This document shows, one piece after another, positions 28,081 to 37,556 of a DNA stretch of 64,000 nt. The notes below the pieces were generated by a model. That model saw only the letters and a list, made by a program, of their open reading frames with translations, was not told the DNA's origin and ran no database searches. Origin of the DNA: Candidatus Omnitrophota bacterium (GTDB lineage: Bacteria; Omnitrophota; Omnitrophia; Omnitrophales; Aquincolibacteriaceae); assembly GCA_022709525.1 (NCBI GenBank), contig JAKLIQ010000003.1:1771-65770 (forward strand), given 5' to 3'. The position numbers were made by a program, and so were the translations under genes. Every line of letters starts with the position of its first letter. The stretch's first letter is position 1.

Positions 28081-28518
28081 ATGAAAAAAACCTTTTCTTG
28101 CTTGCTCGCTTTTTTGATGATCTTCGCGTCCGTATCCGCGCCGGCTTTTGCCGCAGGAGGCAAGGAGTTCGGAGCTTCGCTCCTTCTGCCGACTACGGGC
28201 CAAGCCATGAACGGAGAGATCGGGGCTACGAAAACCAAGATCATGGCCGGCATTGAAGTGGCCGCCGTGACCACCACGATCCTTTTGGCCACGCTGACGA
28301 CCGGCGGTGTTTTTTGGGCGGGTCTCGGGCCCTTGATCGCGAATCACGCTTGGAGCGCTTTTGACGCTTTCAAGACCGCGCGAAGCAACAATAATGATCC
28401 CTATGTCCAGCAGCAGCTTGCCGCAGCCCAGAGGACTTTGGATGTTTCCCGTCAGAACCGTTTTGACCGGGAGTCCGATATTCGGCAGAGGATCTTAAGA
28501 GCCGGCGAACAGGCCTGA
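28081..28518 (+). CDS. Secreted hypothetical protein.
   Basis: Signal peptide ending AFAAGG. RBS GGAGAGG upstream. No recognisable domain. Confidence 0.45.
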   Translation: MKKTFSCLLAFLMIFASVSAPAFAAGGKEFGASLLLPTTGQAMNGEIGATKTKIMAGIEVAAVTTTILLATLTTGGVFWAGLGPLIANHAWSAFDAFKTARSNNNDPYVQQQLAAAQRTLDVSRQNRFDRESDIRQRILRAGEQA

Positions 28519-28599
28519 TCCTCAAGCGCCTATTTTTAAAGTTCAGAAAGGCCTGATCATTAACGATCAGGCCTTCTTCTTTTAACCCTCGGCGGTTTC

Positions 28600-29910
28600 A
28601 TGAAAGACAATCAAAAACGGCTTATCCTTTCCCAACTTCGCATGGCGGCCGAAGTGTGGCGCGGGATCGAAAAAGATCCGCTGCCGGCCGACCGGTGGCT
28701 CGCGCGTTATTTTTTCCAGAACAGGAAAAAGGTCGGCTCCCGCGACAGGAAATTCCTTTCTGAAACGACTTACGCGGCCTTCCGGCACAAAAGCTTCCTT
28801 GAAGCATGGGTTGAAAAAGCCAAGCCGCGGCCGGTCGTAAGCGATGCCGAAAAAGCGGAATCGCTTTGTCTTTTTGCGGCCGTCAAAGAAGGCTTTGTGA
28901 CGTCTGAGGATTTCCGCGAAGTTTTTGGATACGGCGAAAAACTTTACAAGGCCCTCCGCGAGCACTTGCCTCCCGAAGGCGGAGAAAAAAAATCCAAAGA
29001 AGAAATGATGGCGTTTCTTTACTCGTTTCCTCTTTGGCTTGTGCAAAGGTGGGCTCAAGCGTTCGGCATCCGCGAAACCGAACACCTACTCGGATTTTTC
29101 CAGCAAAGGCCGTTTCTGGTGCTTCGCGCCAACACGCTTAAGATCAGCCGGAAAAAACTTGTGGATATGTTCCGCCGGCTCGGCGTTGAAGCGAATCAGA
29201 CCGAAAGGTCCTATTTCGGCTTGATCCTGAAAGAACGGCGCAATGTTTTCGATACCCCGGCTTTTCGCGACGGATGGTTCGAAGTCCAGGATGAAGGCAG
29301 TCAGATGATCTGCCAGAAGATGGACCCGAAGCCGGGCGAAAATATCTGGGACGTCTGCGCCGGCGGGGGAGGGAAGAGCCTGCTTCTTGCCGCCATGATG
29401 GAAAACAAAGGGCGCATTGTAGCGACGGATCTCCGGTCTTTTAAACTCGAAGAGCTCAAAAAGCGCGCCAAGCGCGCCGGTGTTTTTAATATATTCCCCG
29501 CCGAGTTGGAACGCCTGGCGGAATTGAAGGTGGCGCGAAAAGGATTCGATAAGATCCTGGTCGACGCTCCTTGTTCCGGTACAGGGACGCTTGGGCGTAA
29601 TCCCGACGCCAAATGGAAGTTGGCCCCTTCGTGGTTTGAAGCGCTTCCCGTCGAACAGCTTGCGATCCTCGAAAAAGCTTTGCCATATCTCGCGAAAAAC
29701 GGCAAACTATACTACGCCACCTGCTCCGTCGAGGCGGCTGAAAATGAAAAGGTCGTTGAGAAATTCCTTTCAGCCCATCCGGAATTGAGAACGATTCCCT
29801 GCGGAGAAAAGGGCGACCCTTTTTTCAAGTTGTGGCCTCCCGAGACCGGGACGGACGGTTTTTTTCTCGCAGTTTTTGAAAAACAAATAAGCTCCAATAA
29901 CGGAGAATAG
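28600..29910 (+). CDS. rsmB: 16S rRNA m5C methyltransferase of the RsmB/Sun (NOL1/NOP2) family.
   Basis: NusB-like N-terminus. SAM-binding DVCAGGGGKS. Catalytic DAPCSGTG and a second cysteine motif. Confidence 0.8.
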   Translation: MKDNQKRLILSQLRMAAEVWRGIEKDPLPADRWLARYFFQNRKKVGSRDRKFLSETTYAAFRHKSFLEAWVEKAKPRPVVSDAEKAESLCLFAAVKEGFVTSEDFREVFGYGEKLYKALREHLPPEGGEKKSKEEMMAFLYSFPLWLVQRWAQAFGIRETEHLLGFFQQRPFLVLRANTLKISRKKLVDMFRRLGVEANQTERSYFGLILKERRNVFDTPAFRDGWFEVQDEGSQMICQKMDPKPGENIWDVCAGGGGKSLLLAAMMENKGRIVATDLRSFKLEELKKRAKRAGVFNIFPAELERLAELKVARKGFDKILVDAPCSGTGTLGRNPDAKWKLAPSWFEALPVEQLAILEKALPYLAKNGKLYYATCSVEAAENEKVVEKFLSAHPELRTIPCGEKGDPFFKLWPPETGTDGFFLAVFEKQISSNNGE

Positions 29911-29913
29911 CCC

Positions 29914-30279
29914 ATGAAAAAAATAGCTTTTTTCTTTCTCGTCAGCATTTTGTTTTCAGGCGGTGCGGCCCTTTTTGCCGCGGAAACCGGAGAAAAAACC
30001 AGCGGTTTGAAGCAGATCCTCGAGATCGAAAAACGCGGATGGATGAATTTCTTCACTTTCGGCGGCGAAACCGTGAATGTCTACAAAATGGACAAAAAGG
30101 ACCACCCGAAGGCCTGGCCGGCCATGTATATCCCTCATATGTTCGCCAATCTTACCATGCGCCTCGCTTCCGGCATTCATGACATCGGCATGCTGCCATG
30201 GTACGCGGGGATCATTAACGATTCAACGCCCCTGACGCGGCATTTCGATATGCCGGATTACGTTTGGGAAAAAGAATAA
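29914..30279 (+). CDS. Secreted hypothetical protein.
   Basis: Signal peptide, 121 aa, no recognisable motif. Confidence 0.4.
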   Translation: MKKIAFFFLVSILFSGGAALFAAETGEKTSGLKQILEIEKRGWMNFFTFGGETVNVYKMDKKDHPKAWPAMYIPHMFANLTMRLASGIHDIGMLPWYAGIINDSTPLTRHFDMPDYVWEKE

Positions 30280-30310
30280 TCCCAAAACCACCTCTCCTTT
30301 CGGGCTTTTC

Positions 30311-31027
30311 ATGAAACAAGAGAACATCGTCACAATACTCGTTTCTCCCGAAAACTCCGACAATATCGGCGCCGCCGCGCGCGCCATCAAGAATATGGGT
30401 TTTTCCGAATTAAGGCTGGTGCGGCCTCCGCGCGGGTGGAGGGGAAAGGCCAAGAAGATGGCTATGTCGGCCGGTGACATCCTTCAAGCAGCCGCGACTT
30501 TCTCCTCCCTGTCTCAAGCCGTCCGGGATTTAAGCCTTGTGGTGGGGACAACGCGGCGCATCGGAGGGCATCGCGGAAGTTTTCTGTCGTTTGACGCAGC
30601 GCTTGTAAAAATAAAAAAAGATTCTTTAAAACAGAAAGTTGGTATCGTTTTCGGCCGGGAATCCAAAGGCCTGGCCAACAATGAAAGCGCCTTATGCGAT
30701 CACCTGATAATCATTCCTACCGGAGCAAGTTATCCTTCGATCAACCTGGCCCAGGCCGTCATGATCCTCTCGTTCGCTCTTTCACGGGGCCGCCGAGGAT
30801 CCGACGAAAAAAGGGAAAAATTTTTAAACAAAAAAGAAACCGAACAGACGATCGCGTGTTTTGAGAACGCGCTTAAGGCCCTGGGCTATAAAAAAGGCGG
30901 AGCCGATCTTCTGCCAAGGATCCTCAAGACCTTTCGCGGGCTTTTGAAGCGGAGCGGTCTTTTACGGGCCGAGGCTCAAATGATCAAAGGACTTTCCCGG
31001 AAAATCCGAGAAAAGGTTTTGAGTTGA
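30311..31027 (+). CDS. SpoU/TrmH-family tRNA 2'-O-methyltransferase (TrmJ-like).
   Basis: SPOUT motifs ILVSPENSDNIGAAARAIKNMG, VFGRESKGL and SINLAQAVMI. Confidence 0.75.
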   Translation: MKQENIVTILVSPENSDNIGAAARAIKNMGFSELRLVRPPRGWRGKAKKMAMSAGDILQAAATFSSLSQAVRDLSLVVGTTRRIGGHRGSFLSFDAALVKIKKDSLKQKVGIVFGRESKGLANNESALCDHLIIIPTGASYPSINLAQAVMILSFALSRGRRGSDEKREKFLNKKETEQTIACFENALKALGYKKGGADLLPRILKTFRGLLKRSGLLRAEAQMIKGLSRKIREKVLS

Positions 31028-31071
31028 ATGCTGAGCGCGAGTAGAATAACCCGCAAAGGAGTTATCAGATC

Positions 31072-31617
31072 ATGGATGAACAAACACTGAAAGAATCTTT
31101 ACTTAAGGCCATCCAGGAAAAGGCTGTTGTGCGCGGCGAACGCAAACTCGCTTCGGGAAAGATCTCGCAATACTATATTGACGGCAAGCAGGTCACGCTC
31201 GACCCGCAAGGCCTTTTCCTCACGGCCAAGATCATTCTTCATATGGCGCAGGCGGCGGGGGCTGATGCCGTCGGCGGGCCGACGCTCGGCGCCGATCCTA
31301 TCGCAGCCGCTGTATCGCTTTTGAGTTCCCAAAGCGGGAAGCCGCTTAAGGCCTTCATTGTTCGCAAGGAAGCCAAGGACCACGGGATGCAGAAAATGAT
31401 CGAAGGGCCTGCCTTGGCCCCGGGAGATAAAGTCGTCATGCTCGAGGATGTCATTACAACGGGGGGATCAGTCCTTAAGGCTATTCAGGAGGTCGAAAAG
31501 CTTGGAGCTAAAGTGATCAAGACGGTCTGCCTTGTGGACCGCAACGAAGGAGCCGCGGAAACGCTCACCAATTACAATTACTCGCCGATCTTTACGCTTC
31601 GAGATCTCGGTTTGTAA
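31072..31617 (+). CDS. pyrE: Orotate phosphoribosyltransferase.
   Basis: PRPP-binding motif VVMLEDVITTGGS. Length 181 aa. Confidence 0.85.
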   Translation: MDEQTLKESLLKAIQEKAVVRGERKLASGKISQYYIDGKQVTLDPQGLFLTAKIILHMAQAAGADAVGGPTLGADPIAAAVSLLSSQSGKPLKAFIVRKEAKDHGMQKMIEGPALAPGDKVVMLEDVITTGGSVLKAIQEVEKLGAKVIKTVCLVDRNEGAAETLTNYNYSPIFTLRDLGL

Positions 31618-31654
31618 TGTTCCGTTAGAGACCCGAAGACCTCCCAATAAAAAA

Positions 31655-31684
31655 AGCGCCTTACTTTTTGGTAAGGCGCTTTTT
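31655..31684. terminator. Bidirectional rho-independent terminator. Stem AGCGCCTTAC/GTAAGGCGCT with loop TTTTTG, an A-run upstream and a T-run downstream.
   Basis: Perfect 10-bp stem between convergent pyrE (+) and the 31702..32214 gene (-), flanked by AAAAA and TTTT. Confidence 0.8.
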
Positions 31685-31701
31685 GTTTTAAAGCCGAACG
31701 T

Positions 31702-32214
31702 TTATTTCTTTACGTAATCGTAAGCGTTGTGTTTTTTCACAACATGTTTCTGGACCGGAGCGGACTGTGTTTCCGTTACCGTCACGATCGGTTGAGGCGC
31801 AGCTTCTGAAATGTAAGAAGAGACGGGAGCTTGAACTGTTTCCGGAACAGAGGAAGGCTCTTCCAGGCAGTTATCGTAAGACTTGGCCACGGGGAAACCG
31901 TTAAATCCGGGAACCCAGAACAAGGCGACATCCACGATGCCGGAGCTCGCGCGAAGCGCGGTGCAGCCAAGGCCTCCTGCCATACCGGTCAAAGTTCCGA
32001 CGAGCGGGGGCCCATCCTTGGTCCTGTTTACGGTTTGAACAAAAATATCCACGGGGCTTGTCGCGGCATTGACGAAACCGCGGCCTAACATCCCGCCCAT
32101 TTTTTCTTTATAAACGTCGGATTGAGCATTTTCCCAAACATCCCCCGCGAAGCCCGCCGGAGCCAATAAAAAAGCGCAGATCACGAGAGCCGCGAGCATC
32201 TTTGCTTTCTTCAT
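31702..32214 (-). CDS. Small secreted protein. It is a paralog of 34041..34376.
   Basis: Start set at MKKAK with GGGAGG RBS. Signal peptide present. Shares the G-x-x-N-x...D-x-F...GM...VGG-x-I-x-L-V pattern with the 34041 gene. Confidence 0.55.
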   Translation of the reverse strand: MKKAKMLAALVICAFLLAPAGFAGDVWENAQSDVYKEKMGGMLGRGFVNAATSPVDIFVQTVNRTKDGPPLVGTLTGMAGGLGCTALRASSGIVDVALFWVPGFNGFPVAKSYDNCLEEPSSVPETVQAPVSSYISEAAPQPIVTVTETQSAPVQKHVVKKHNAYDYVKK

Positions 32215-32496
32215 GAACAACCTCCCTTTTAATTTTGAAGACGGCCAATGGGCCGAGAACATTGCCTCAGAAGCGAACAGGCGATGATGATACAATGAAT
32301 AAAAAAAACAAGCAATAATATTTTTATTTTAAGCCCCAATTTTTTGTAAGCACAATAAATCCAATGAGTTACAAAAACATAAGAAAATCGTAAAAACTAG
32401 CAACTATTGACAATTTATAGTATATAGGATAGGTTATGTTGTAGTATATAGCTATAGTTATCTCAAAAATAGCAATAATAAACAAGGAGCGTTAAG

Positions 32497-32718
32497 ATGG
32501 AACAGGCAAAAGAACAGGGCCAGGAGTACCAGTATCCTAAAAAAGAAAGGACCCAGATCATGACGCCCAAGGAAGCGGCGAAGTATCTTGGGTTCCATCT
32601 TGTCACGATCTACCGTCTGCTGAAGAAGGGCGAAGTCCCGGCAACGAAGATCGGCGGACAGTGGCGTTTCAAAAAAGACGTCTTGGATGCTTGGTTAACT
32701 GACCGCATGAATCAATAA
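32497..32718 (+). CDS. Excisionase/MerR-type helix-turn-helix DNA-binding protein, 73 aa.
   Basis: MTPKEAAKYLGFHLVTIYRLLKKGEVPATKIGGQWRFKKDVLDAWL matches the excisionase-family HTH pattern. Preceded by an AAGGAG RBS. Confidence 0.65.
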   Translation: MEQAKEQGQEYQYPKKERTQIMTPKEAAKYLGFHLVTIYRLLKKGEVPATKIGGQWRFKKDVLDAWLTDRMNQ

Positions 32719-32799
32719 AGGCTGCCTGGGCTCGCAAAAACAAAATTAATCGGTGAGTCGAGCCCGTCGCCTCCTTTTGAAGGGCTACGATCAGCGCTT

Positions 32800-33846
32800 T
32801 TACCGGTTTGCGAGAAAATCCGCGATCTTTCTGTGAGGAGAGGGAAGCGCAAGCCGGGATGACCCGGCGACAGAAAACCATTTTCCGCGCTTTTTCTTCG
32901 AAAAAGGACCTTTTAAAAAAAACGATGCTTCGTAAACTTCAAGCGTGATCCTGTATTTTGTAAAGGCGTGCCCTACTTTTAACAAGAAAACAGGCTTTGA
33001 GCAAACCCCGCTTATTTCCGAAAGCATATCTTTCTGACTCGTCCAGAAAGGGAACATCCATAATCCTCCCCAACGGGTATGTTCAACCCGCTTTTCAAGC
33101 CAAACCTCTTTTTTTGCATTTCTGACCACCAAAGCCGCCATTTGTAATTTTTCGTATTTATTTTTTGAGGATCTGACCGGAAAAGAAATCTCACGGCGTT
33201 TTCGATGAGCAAAGCAGATTTTTTTTACGGGGCACCGGCCGCATTGAGGATTAAGAGGAAAACAGACCGTCGCGCCTAATTCCATAAGCGCCTGGTTAAG
33301 ATCACCTGGGCTTTTGTCGGGTAGAAGCGCCGCCGAGATCTTCCAAAGACGCTCGAGCGTTGCGGGACGATCGATGCTTTGAGGCACGGCAAAGATCCTT
33401 GTGAGGATGCGGATCACGTTACCGTCCAGAACAGGCGTTTTTTCGCCGAAAGCGATGCTTGCGACCGCTCCAGCCGTGTAACGTCCGATCCCCGGAAGCT
33501 TTCTTAACGCCTCGGCCGTCTGGGGGACCCTACCTTTGAATTCCTTCATGACCCGACGAGCCGCCTCATGGAACATCCGGGCCCGGCGGTAATAACCCAA
33601 TCCGGCCCAATACCGCAAGGCTTTCGAAAGGGGAGCTTTTGCGAAGGCGGAAAGAGATGGAAAAATCTTGAGCCACCGTTTGTAATAAGGAATAACCGTA
33701 GCCACCTGGGTTTGCTGAAGCATGATCTCGGAGACCCAGATCCTGTACGGGTCGCGGGTCCGCCTCCAGGGGAGGTCGCGCTTAGAAAGCGCATACCAAC
33801 GCAAGATCTTTTGCCGGATTTTCGGGAAAATCAAAGGGTTGACCAT
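32800..33846 (-). CDS. mutY: A/G-specific adenine DNA glycosylase.
   Basis: HhH-GPD motifs (VSEIMLQQTQV, LPGIGRYTAGAVASIAFG). A 4Fe-4S cysteine cluster (CxxxxxxCxxCPxxxxC) and a NUDIX-like C-terminal domain. Confidence 0.85.
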   Translation of the reverse strand: MVNPLIFPKIRQKILRWYALSKRDLPWRRTRDPYRIWVSEIMLQQTQVATVIPYYKRWLKIFPSLSAFAKAPLSKALRYWAGLGYYRRARMFHEAARRVMKEFKGRVPQTAEALRKLPGIGRYTAGAVASIAFGEKTPVLDGNVIRILTRIFAVPQSIDRPATLERLWKISAALLPDKSPGDLNQALMELGATVCFPLNPQCGRCPVKKICFAHRKRREISFPVRSSKNKYEKLQMAALVVRNAKKEVWLEKRVEHTRWGGLWMFPFWTSQKDMLSEISGVCSKPVFLLKVGHAFTKYRITLEVYEASFFLKGPFSKKKRGKWFSVAGSSRLALPSPHRKIADFLANR

Positions 33847-34040
33847 GCGCGTATCATATCGGGTCAGAGGAGGGGCAGCAAGGGTCTGATAAAAATTGAT
33901 AAAAAACGATAAAGGAAATACTTCTAAGGACGATAACTTCCAGGAATATTAGAAGTTGTCGAAGGCGTCAAGTTATGGCACAATGCAATTACGTAAATGA
34001 CGCTGTATCAAGGCTTACAAAACAACAGGGAGGAAAAGCA

Positions 34041-34376
34041 ATGAAGAAAATTCTGAGCTTAGCAGTGGTTCTCTCCATGCTTCTCGCGCCGATGGCTTTC
34101 GCTACGCCGAGTGCTTGGACCGAAGAGAAGAACTACGGGGACAGAGTGTCCGGCAAGCTGCAGTTCGGGCTTACCAACACCCTTCTCGGCTGGATCGACC
34201 TCTTCGCTGAACCCAACAAGTTTGCCAATGAAGGCAAGAATGTTTGGTCCGGCGTTGGAAAAGGCATGGTAGATAGCGTTGTCAACACTGTTGGCGGCGC
34301 GATTCATCTCGTGACCTTCCCGATCCCAGCAGATCTTCCGCTTCCGGATGGTGGCGTGGATCTCGGCGGGAAATAA
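34041..34376 (+). CDS. Small secreted protein. It is a paralog of 31702..32214.
   Basis: Start at MKKILS with GGGAGG RBS. Signal peptide present. Conserved C-terminal VGGAIHLVTFP region. Confidence 0.55.
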   Translation: MKKILSLAVVLSMLLAPMAFATPSAWTEEKNYGDRVSGKLQFGLTNTLLGWIDLFAEPNKFANEGKNVWSGVGKGMVDSVVNTVGGAIHLVTFPIPADLPLPDGGVDLGGK

Positions 34377-34399
34377 GAGCCGAATCTCTGTTTTTCACG

Positions 34400-34434
34400 A
34401 AAATGCCCCGCTACAAAGCGGGGCATTTTTGTTT
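34400..34434. terminator. Bidirectional rho-independent terminator. Stem AAATGCCCCGC/GCGGGGCATTT with loop TACAAA.
   Basis: Perfect 11-bp stem followed by TTTGTTTT. Located between convergent genes. Confidence 0.8.
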
Positions 34435-34454
34435 TCAGCCCTGTCAAATCCTGG

Positions 34455-34604
34455 TTAATTTAAAAGCCCATTCTCCCAACCCTCGTCGGTTTTTTTGAGG
34501 GCTTTCCGGTCGTAGTTTTTCTTGGAAGGTTTTACGCGCGTTTTGGGGTTGATCGCCCAAACATGGCGCGGTTTGGGGTCCTTGGCGGGTTTTTTCTTTT
34601 TCAT
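34455..34604 (-). CDS. Small lysine-rich hypothetical protein, about 49 aa.
   Basis: ATG with an upstream purine-rich RBS. Very basic, low-complexity sequence. Weak support. Confidence 0.25.
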   Translation of the reverse strand: MKKKKPAKDPKPRHVWAINPKTRVKPSKKNYDRKALKKTDEGWENGLLN

Positions 34605-34626
34605 CGCGGCACCTCTTTTGAAGCGA

Positions 34627-35415
34627 TCACCCGAGGCGTTTAAAAGGCTCAAGCGATCTTAACATTTCTTCGTGGATCAAGCCGTTCGTGGCGAGGTTTT
34701 GAACGCTTTCAAGCGTTAAAGGATTCCCTGAAAAATCCGTGAGTTTTCCCCCCGCTTCTTCAACCAGGAGCATGCCCGCCGCCTTATCCCAGGGGTTCAG
34801 CTTCATTTCATAGTACCCGTCAAAGCGGCCGCAGGCGACATAACAGAGGTCGATCGCGGCGGATCCCGTGCGGCGAATGCATTGGACCTGGGTCAAAAAA
34901 GCCCGGAGCAGGGAAAGATAATGGTCGGGATCCTGTTTTCGGTCGTAGGGGAACCCCGTCACCACAAGAGAATCGGTAAGGGTCTTGGCTTTTGAAACAT
35001 GGATCCGCTTGCCGTTTAAAAAAGCGCCTTTGCCTCTTTCGGCAAAGAAAAGTTCGCCGCGCGTAGGATCCAAAACCCCGCCCATTTCGAGCCGCCCGTT
35101 TTGTTCAAATCCTATCGAAACGGAAACGATCGGGAACCCATGGGCAAAATTGGTCGTACCATCAATAGGGTCGATGATCCAGCGGCATTCCGAGCCTGTG
35201 ACGGCAGGGGATTCTTCAGCCAGGATCGAATGGCCGGGAAACCGTTTTAAAATCAGGTCGACGACGGCTTTTTCCGAGGCCTTGTCGATCTCGGTCACGA
35301 GGTTGAATTCGCCCTTTTTTGTGATCTTTTGTTCTTTGCCGAAATGGGAGCGGATGATCTTGCCGGCTTTGGCGAGCGCTTCCAAGAGCGTTCTTTTAAT
35401 TTTGTCGTTCTTCAT
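34627..35415 (-). CDS. Inositol monophosphatase family protein (SuhB/ImpA-like).
   Basis: WIIDPIDGTTNF and metal-binding motifs of the IMPase/FBPase superfamily. Confidence 0.85.
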   Translation of the reverse strand: MKNDKIKRTLLEALAKAGKIIRSHFGKEQKITKKGEFNLVTEIDKASEKAVVDLILKRFPGHSILAEESPAVTGSECRWIIDPIDGTTNFAHGFPIVSVSIGFEQNGRLEMGGVLDPTRGELFFAERGKGAFLNGKRIHVSKAKTLTDSLVVTGFPYDRKQDPDHYLSLLRAFLTQVQCIRRTGSAAIDLCYVACGRFDGYYEMKLNPWDKAAGMLLVEEAGGKLTDFSGNPLTLESVQNLATNGLIHEEMLRSLEPFKRLG

Positions 35416-35530
35416 ATAGTATAGAGACCCTTTTGATGAACCCGCTTGCGGGATGAGGCATTCTATCCGAAGGCGCTTTGACCCGCAATGTTCTCATTGG
35501 AACCAATAACCCTTAAAATCGAGGCATTTC

Positions 35531-36616
35531 ATGAAATCCTATTCTGTCACGCTGATCCCCGGCGACGGCGTCGGGCCCGAGCTCGCAAAAGTCACCCAGG
35601 CATGCCTGGAAGCCACCGGAGTGAAATTCAACTGGGACATCCAGACGGCCGGCACAGACGTGATGGCCAGCGAAGGGACACCGCTTCCGGATCGCGTGTT
35701 GGAGTCCATCCGCAAGAATAAGATCGCCATTAAGGCCCCCATCACGACGCCCGTCGGGACCGGTTTCCGTTCCGTGAATGTCGCGCTCCGTAAAGAGCTC
35801 GATCTTTACGCCTGTTTAAGACCCTGCAAATCTTATGAGGGGGTTCGGTCGCGTTACAAGAATATCGATCTTATCGTGGTGCGCGAGAACACCGAAGATC
35901 TTTACGCGGGCATTGAATTTCAAAAAGGGACCGCCGAGGCCAGCGAGCTTATCCGGGAGATCGAAAAGCTTTCCAATCGGAAGATCCGGCCGGATTCCGG
36001 CGTGAGCATCAAACCCATTTCCGTCGCAGGCAGCGAGCGTATCGTCAAGTTCGCATTTGATTATGCGCGGCAATATAGACGCAAAAAAGTAACGGCCGTC
36101 CACAAAGCGAACATCATGAAATTTTCAGACGGGCTTTTTCTTGAGGTTGCGCGCGAAGTCGCTAAAAAATATTCCGATATCGAATTTGAGGACCGTATCG
36201 TGGATAACATGTGCATGCAGCTTGTCCAAAAGCCCGAGCTTTATGATGTCATCGTCCTGCCGAACCTTTACGGAGACATCCTTTCGGATCTCTGCGCGGG
36301 GCTCATAGGCGGTTTAGGAGTGGCTCCGGGCGCCAATATCGGGACGAACGGCGCTCTTTTTGAAGCGACGCACGGTTCCGCGCCAAAATATAAGGGACTT
36401 AACAAAGTCAACCCTGTCGCGATGATCCTCTCCGGCGTTCTGATGCTACGGCACCTTGGTGAAACGCAAGCGGCCGACAAGCTTGAAAAGGCCGTTGCCG
36501 ATGTGATCCGCGAAGGCAGGCAAGTTACCTACGATCTTAAAGCGGACCGTAATGACCCAACAGCCGTCGGGACCAAAGAAATGGGCGAAGCGATCATTAA
36601 GAAGATGGGGAAATGA
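35531..36616 (+). CDS. icd: Isocitrate/isopropylmalate dehydrogenase family enzyme, most likely NAD(P)-dependent isocitrate dehydrogenase given the TCA neighbours.
   Basis: [29 protein letters not shown] and [10 protein letters not shown] motifs. First gene of a contiguous icd-mdh-acnA-gltA block. Confidence 0.7.
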   Translation: MKSYSVTLIPGDGVGPELAKVTQACLEATGVKFNWDIQTAGTDVMASEGTPLPDRVLESIRKNKIAIKAPITTPVGTGFRSVNVALRKELDLYACLRPCKSYEGVRSRYKNIDLIVVRENTEDLYAGIEFQKGTAEASELIREIEKLSNRKIRPDSGVSIKPISVAGSERIVKFAFDYARQYRRKKVTAVHKANIMKFSDGLFLEVAREVAKKYSDIEFEDRIVDNMCMQLVQKPELYDVIVLPNLYGDILSDLCAGLIGGLGVAPGANIGTNGALFEATHGSAPKYKGLNKVNPVAMILSGVLMLRHLGETQAADKLEKAVADVIREGRQVTYDLKADRNDPTAVGTKEMGEAIIKKMGK

Positions 36617-36617
36617 C

Positions 36618-37547
36618 ATGAAAAAAGCGAAAGTCACTGTCGTCGGCGCGGGATTTGTCGGCGCGACCGCGGCTCAGAGGATCGTCGAAAAAGATCTCGC
36701 CGATGTGGTTTTGATCGATATCGTCGAAGGCCTGCCCCAAGGAAAAGCCCTCGATATGATGGAATCCGCGCCGGTGGAAGAATTTTCCTCCAAGATCCTC
36801 GGCACCAACCGCTATGAAGATACGGCCGGTTCGGATGTGATCGTCATTACGGCAGGCCTTGCGCGGAAGCCCGGCATGAGTCGTGACGACCTTCTTTTCA
36901 AGAACGCCGAGATCGTCGGGGGGATCGTGGACGCATGCGCGAAACATTCTCCGGACGCTGTGATCGTAATGGTCACGAACCCTCTCGATGTGATGACCTG
37001 GCTTGCCCAGAAAAGATCCGGATTTCCCGCGGAGCGGGTGATCGGTATGGCGGGAGAACTTGATTCCGCGCGGTATGCTTATTTCATTTCCGAAAAACTG
37101 GGGTGTAAGCCGGGCGATGTCAAAGCCATGGTGCTTGGCGGTCACGGCGATCAAATGGTGCCTGTTCCGCAAGAGACCAAAGTTAAAGGAAAACCCATCA
37201 CCAAACTTTTGGATACTCCGGCCATCGAAACTATCAACCAGCGGACACGCGACGGCGGAGCGGAGATCGTTAAGCTTCTTAAGACTGGGAGCGCTTATTA
37301 CGCGCCATCTTCTTCAGCCGTCAAAATGGTGCGCGCGATCCTCAAAAACACGGGCGAAACGATCCCGTCCTGCGTTTATCTCAAAGGCTCATACGGTTTG
37401 GCGGACGTTTATTGCGGTGTCCCAGCCAAGATCGGCCGCGGCGGTGTTCAAAAAATTGTCGAGATCTCCCTCACCGGTCAAGAGCGTCAAGAGCTTCACC
37501 GGTCAGCCGAGGATGTACGGCAAAATTTCCAAAAACTCAAGATCTAG
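36618..37547 (+). CDS. mdh: Malate dehydrogenase (LDH-like MDH type).
   Basis: KVTVVGAGFVGATAA Rossmann motif. The LDH/MDH catalytic region includes GGHGD. Start set at the ATG 2 nt after the icd stop. Confidence 0.85.
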   Translation: MKKAKVTVVGAGFVGATAAQRIVEKDLADVVLIDIVEGLPQGKALDMMESAPVEEFSSKILGTNRYEDTAGSDVIVITAGLARKPGMSRDDLLFKNAEIVGGIVDACAKHSPDAVIVMVTNPLDVMTWLAQKRSGFPAERVIGMAGELDSARYAYFISEKLGCKPGDVKAMVLGGHGDQMVPVPQETKVKGKPITKLLDTPAIETINQRTRDGGAEIVKLLKTGSAYYAPSSSAVKMVRAILKNTGETIPSCVYLKGSYGLADVYCGVPAKIGRGGVQKIVEISLTGQERQELHRSAEDVRQNFQKLKI

Positions 37548-37556
37548 GGTCTTTTC

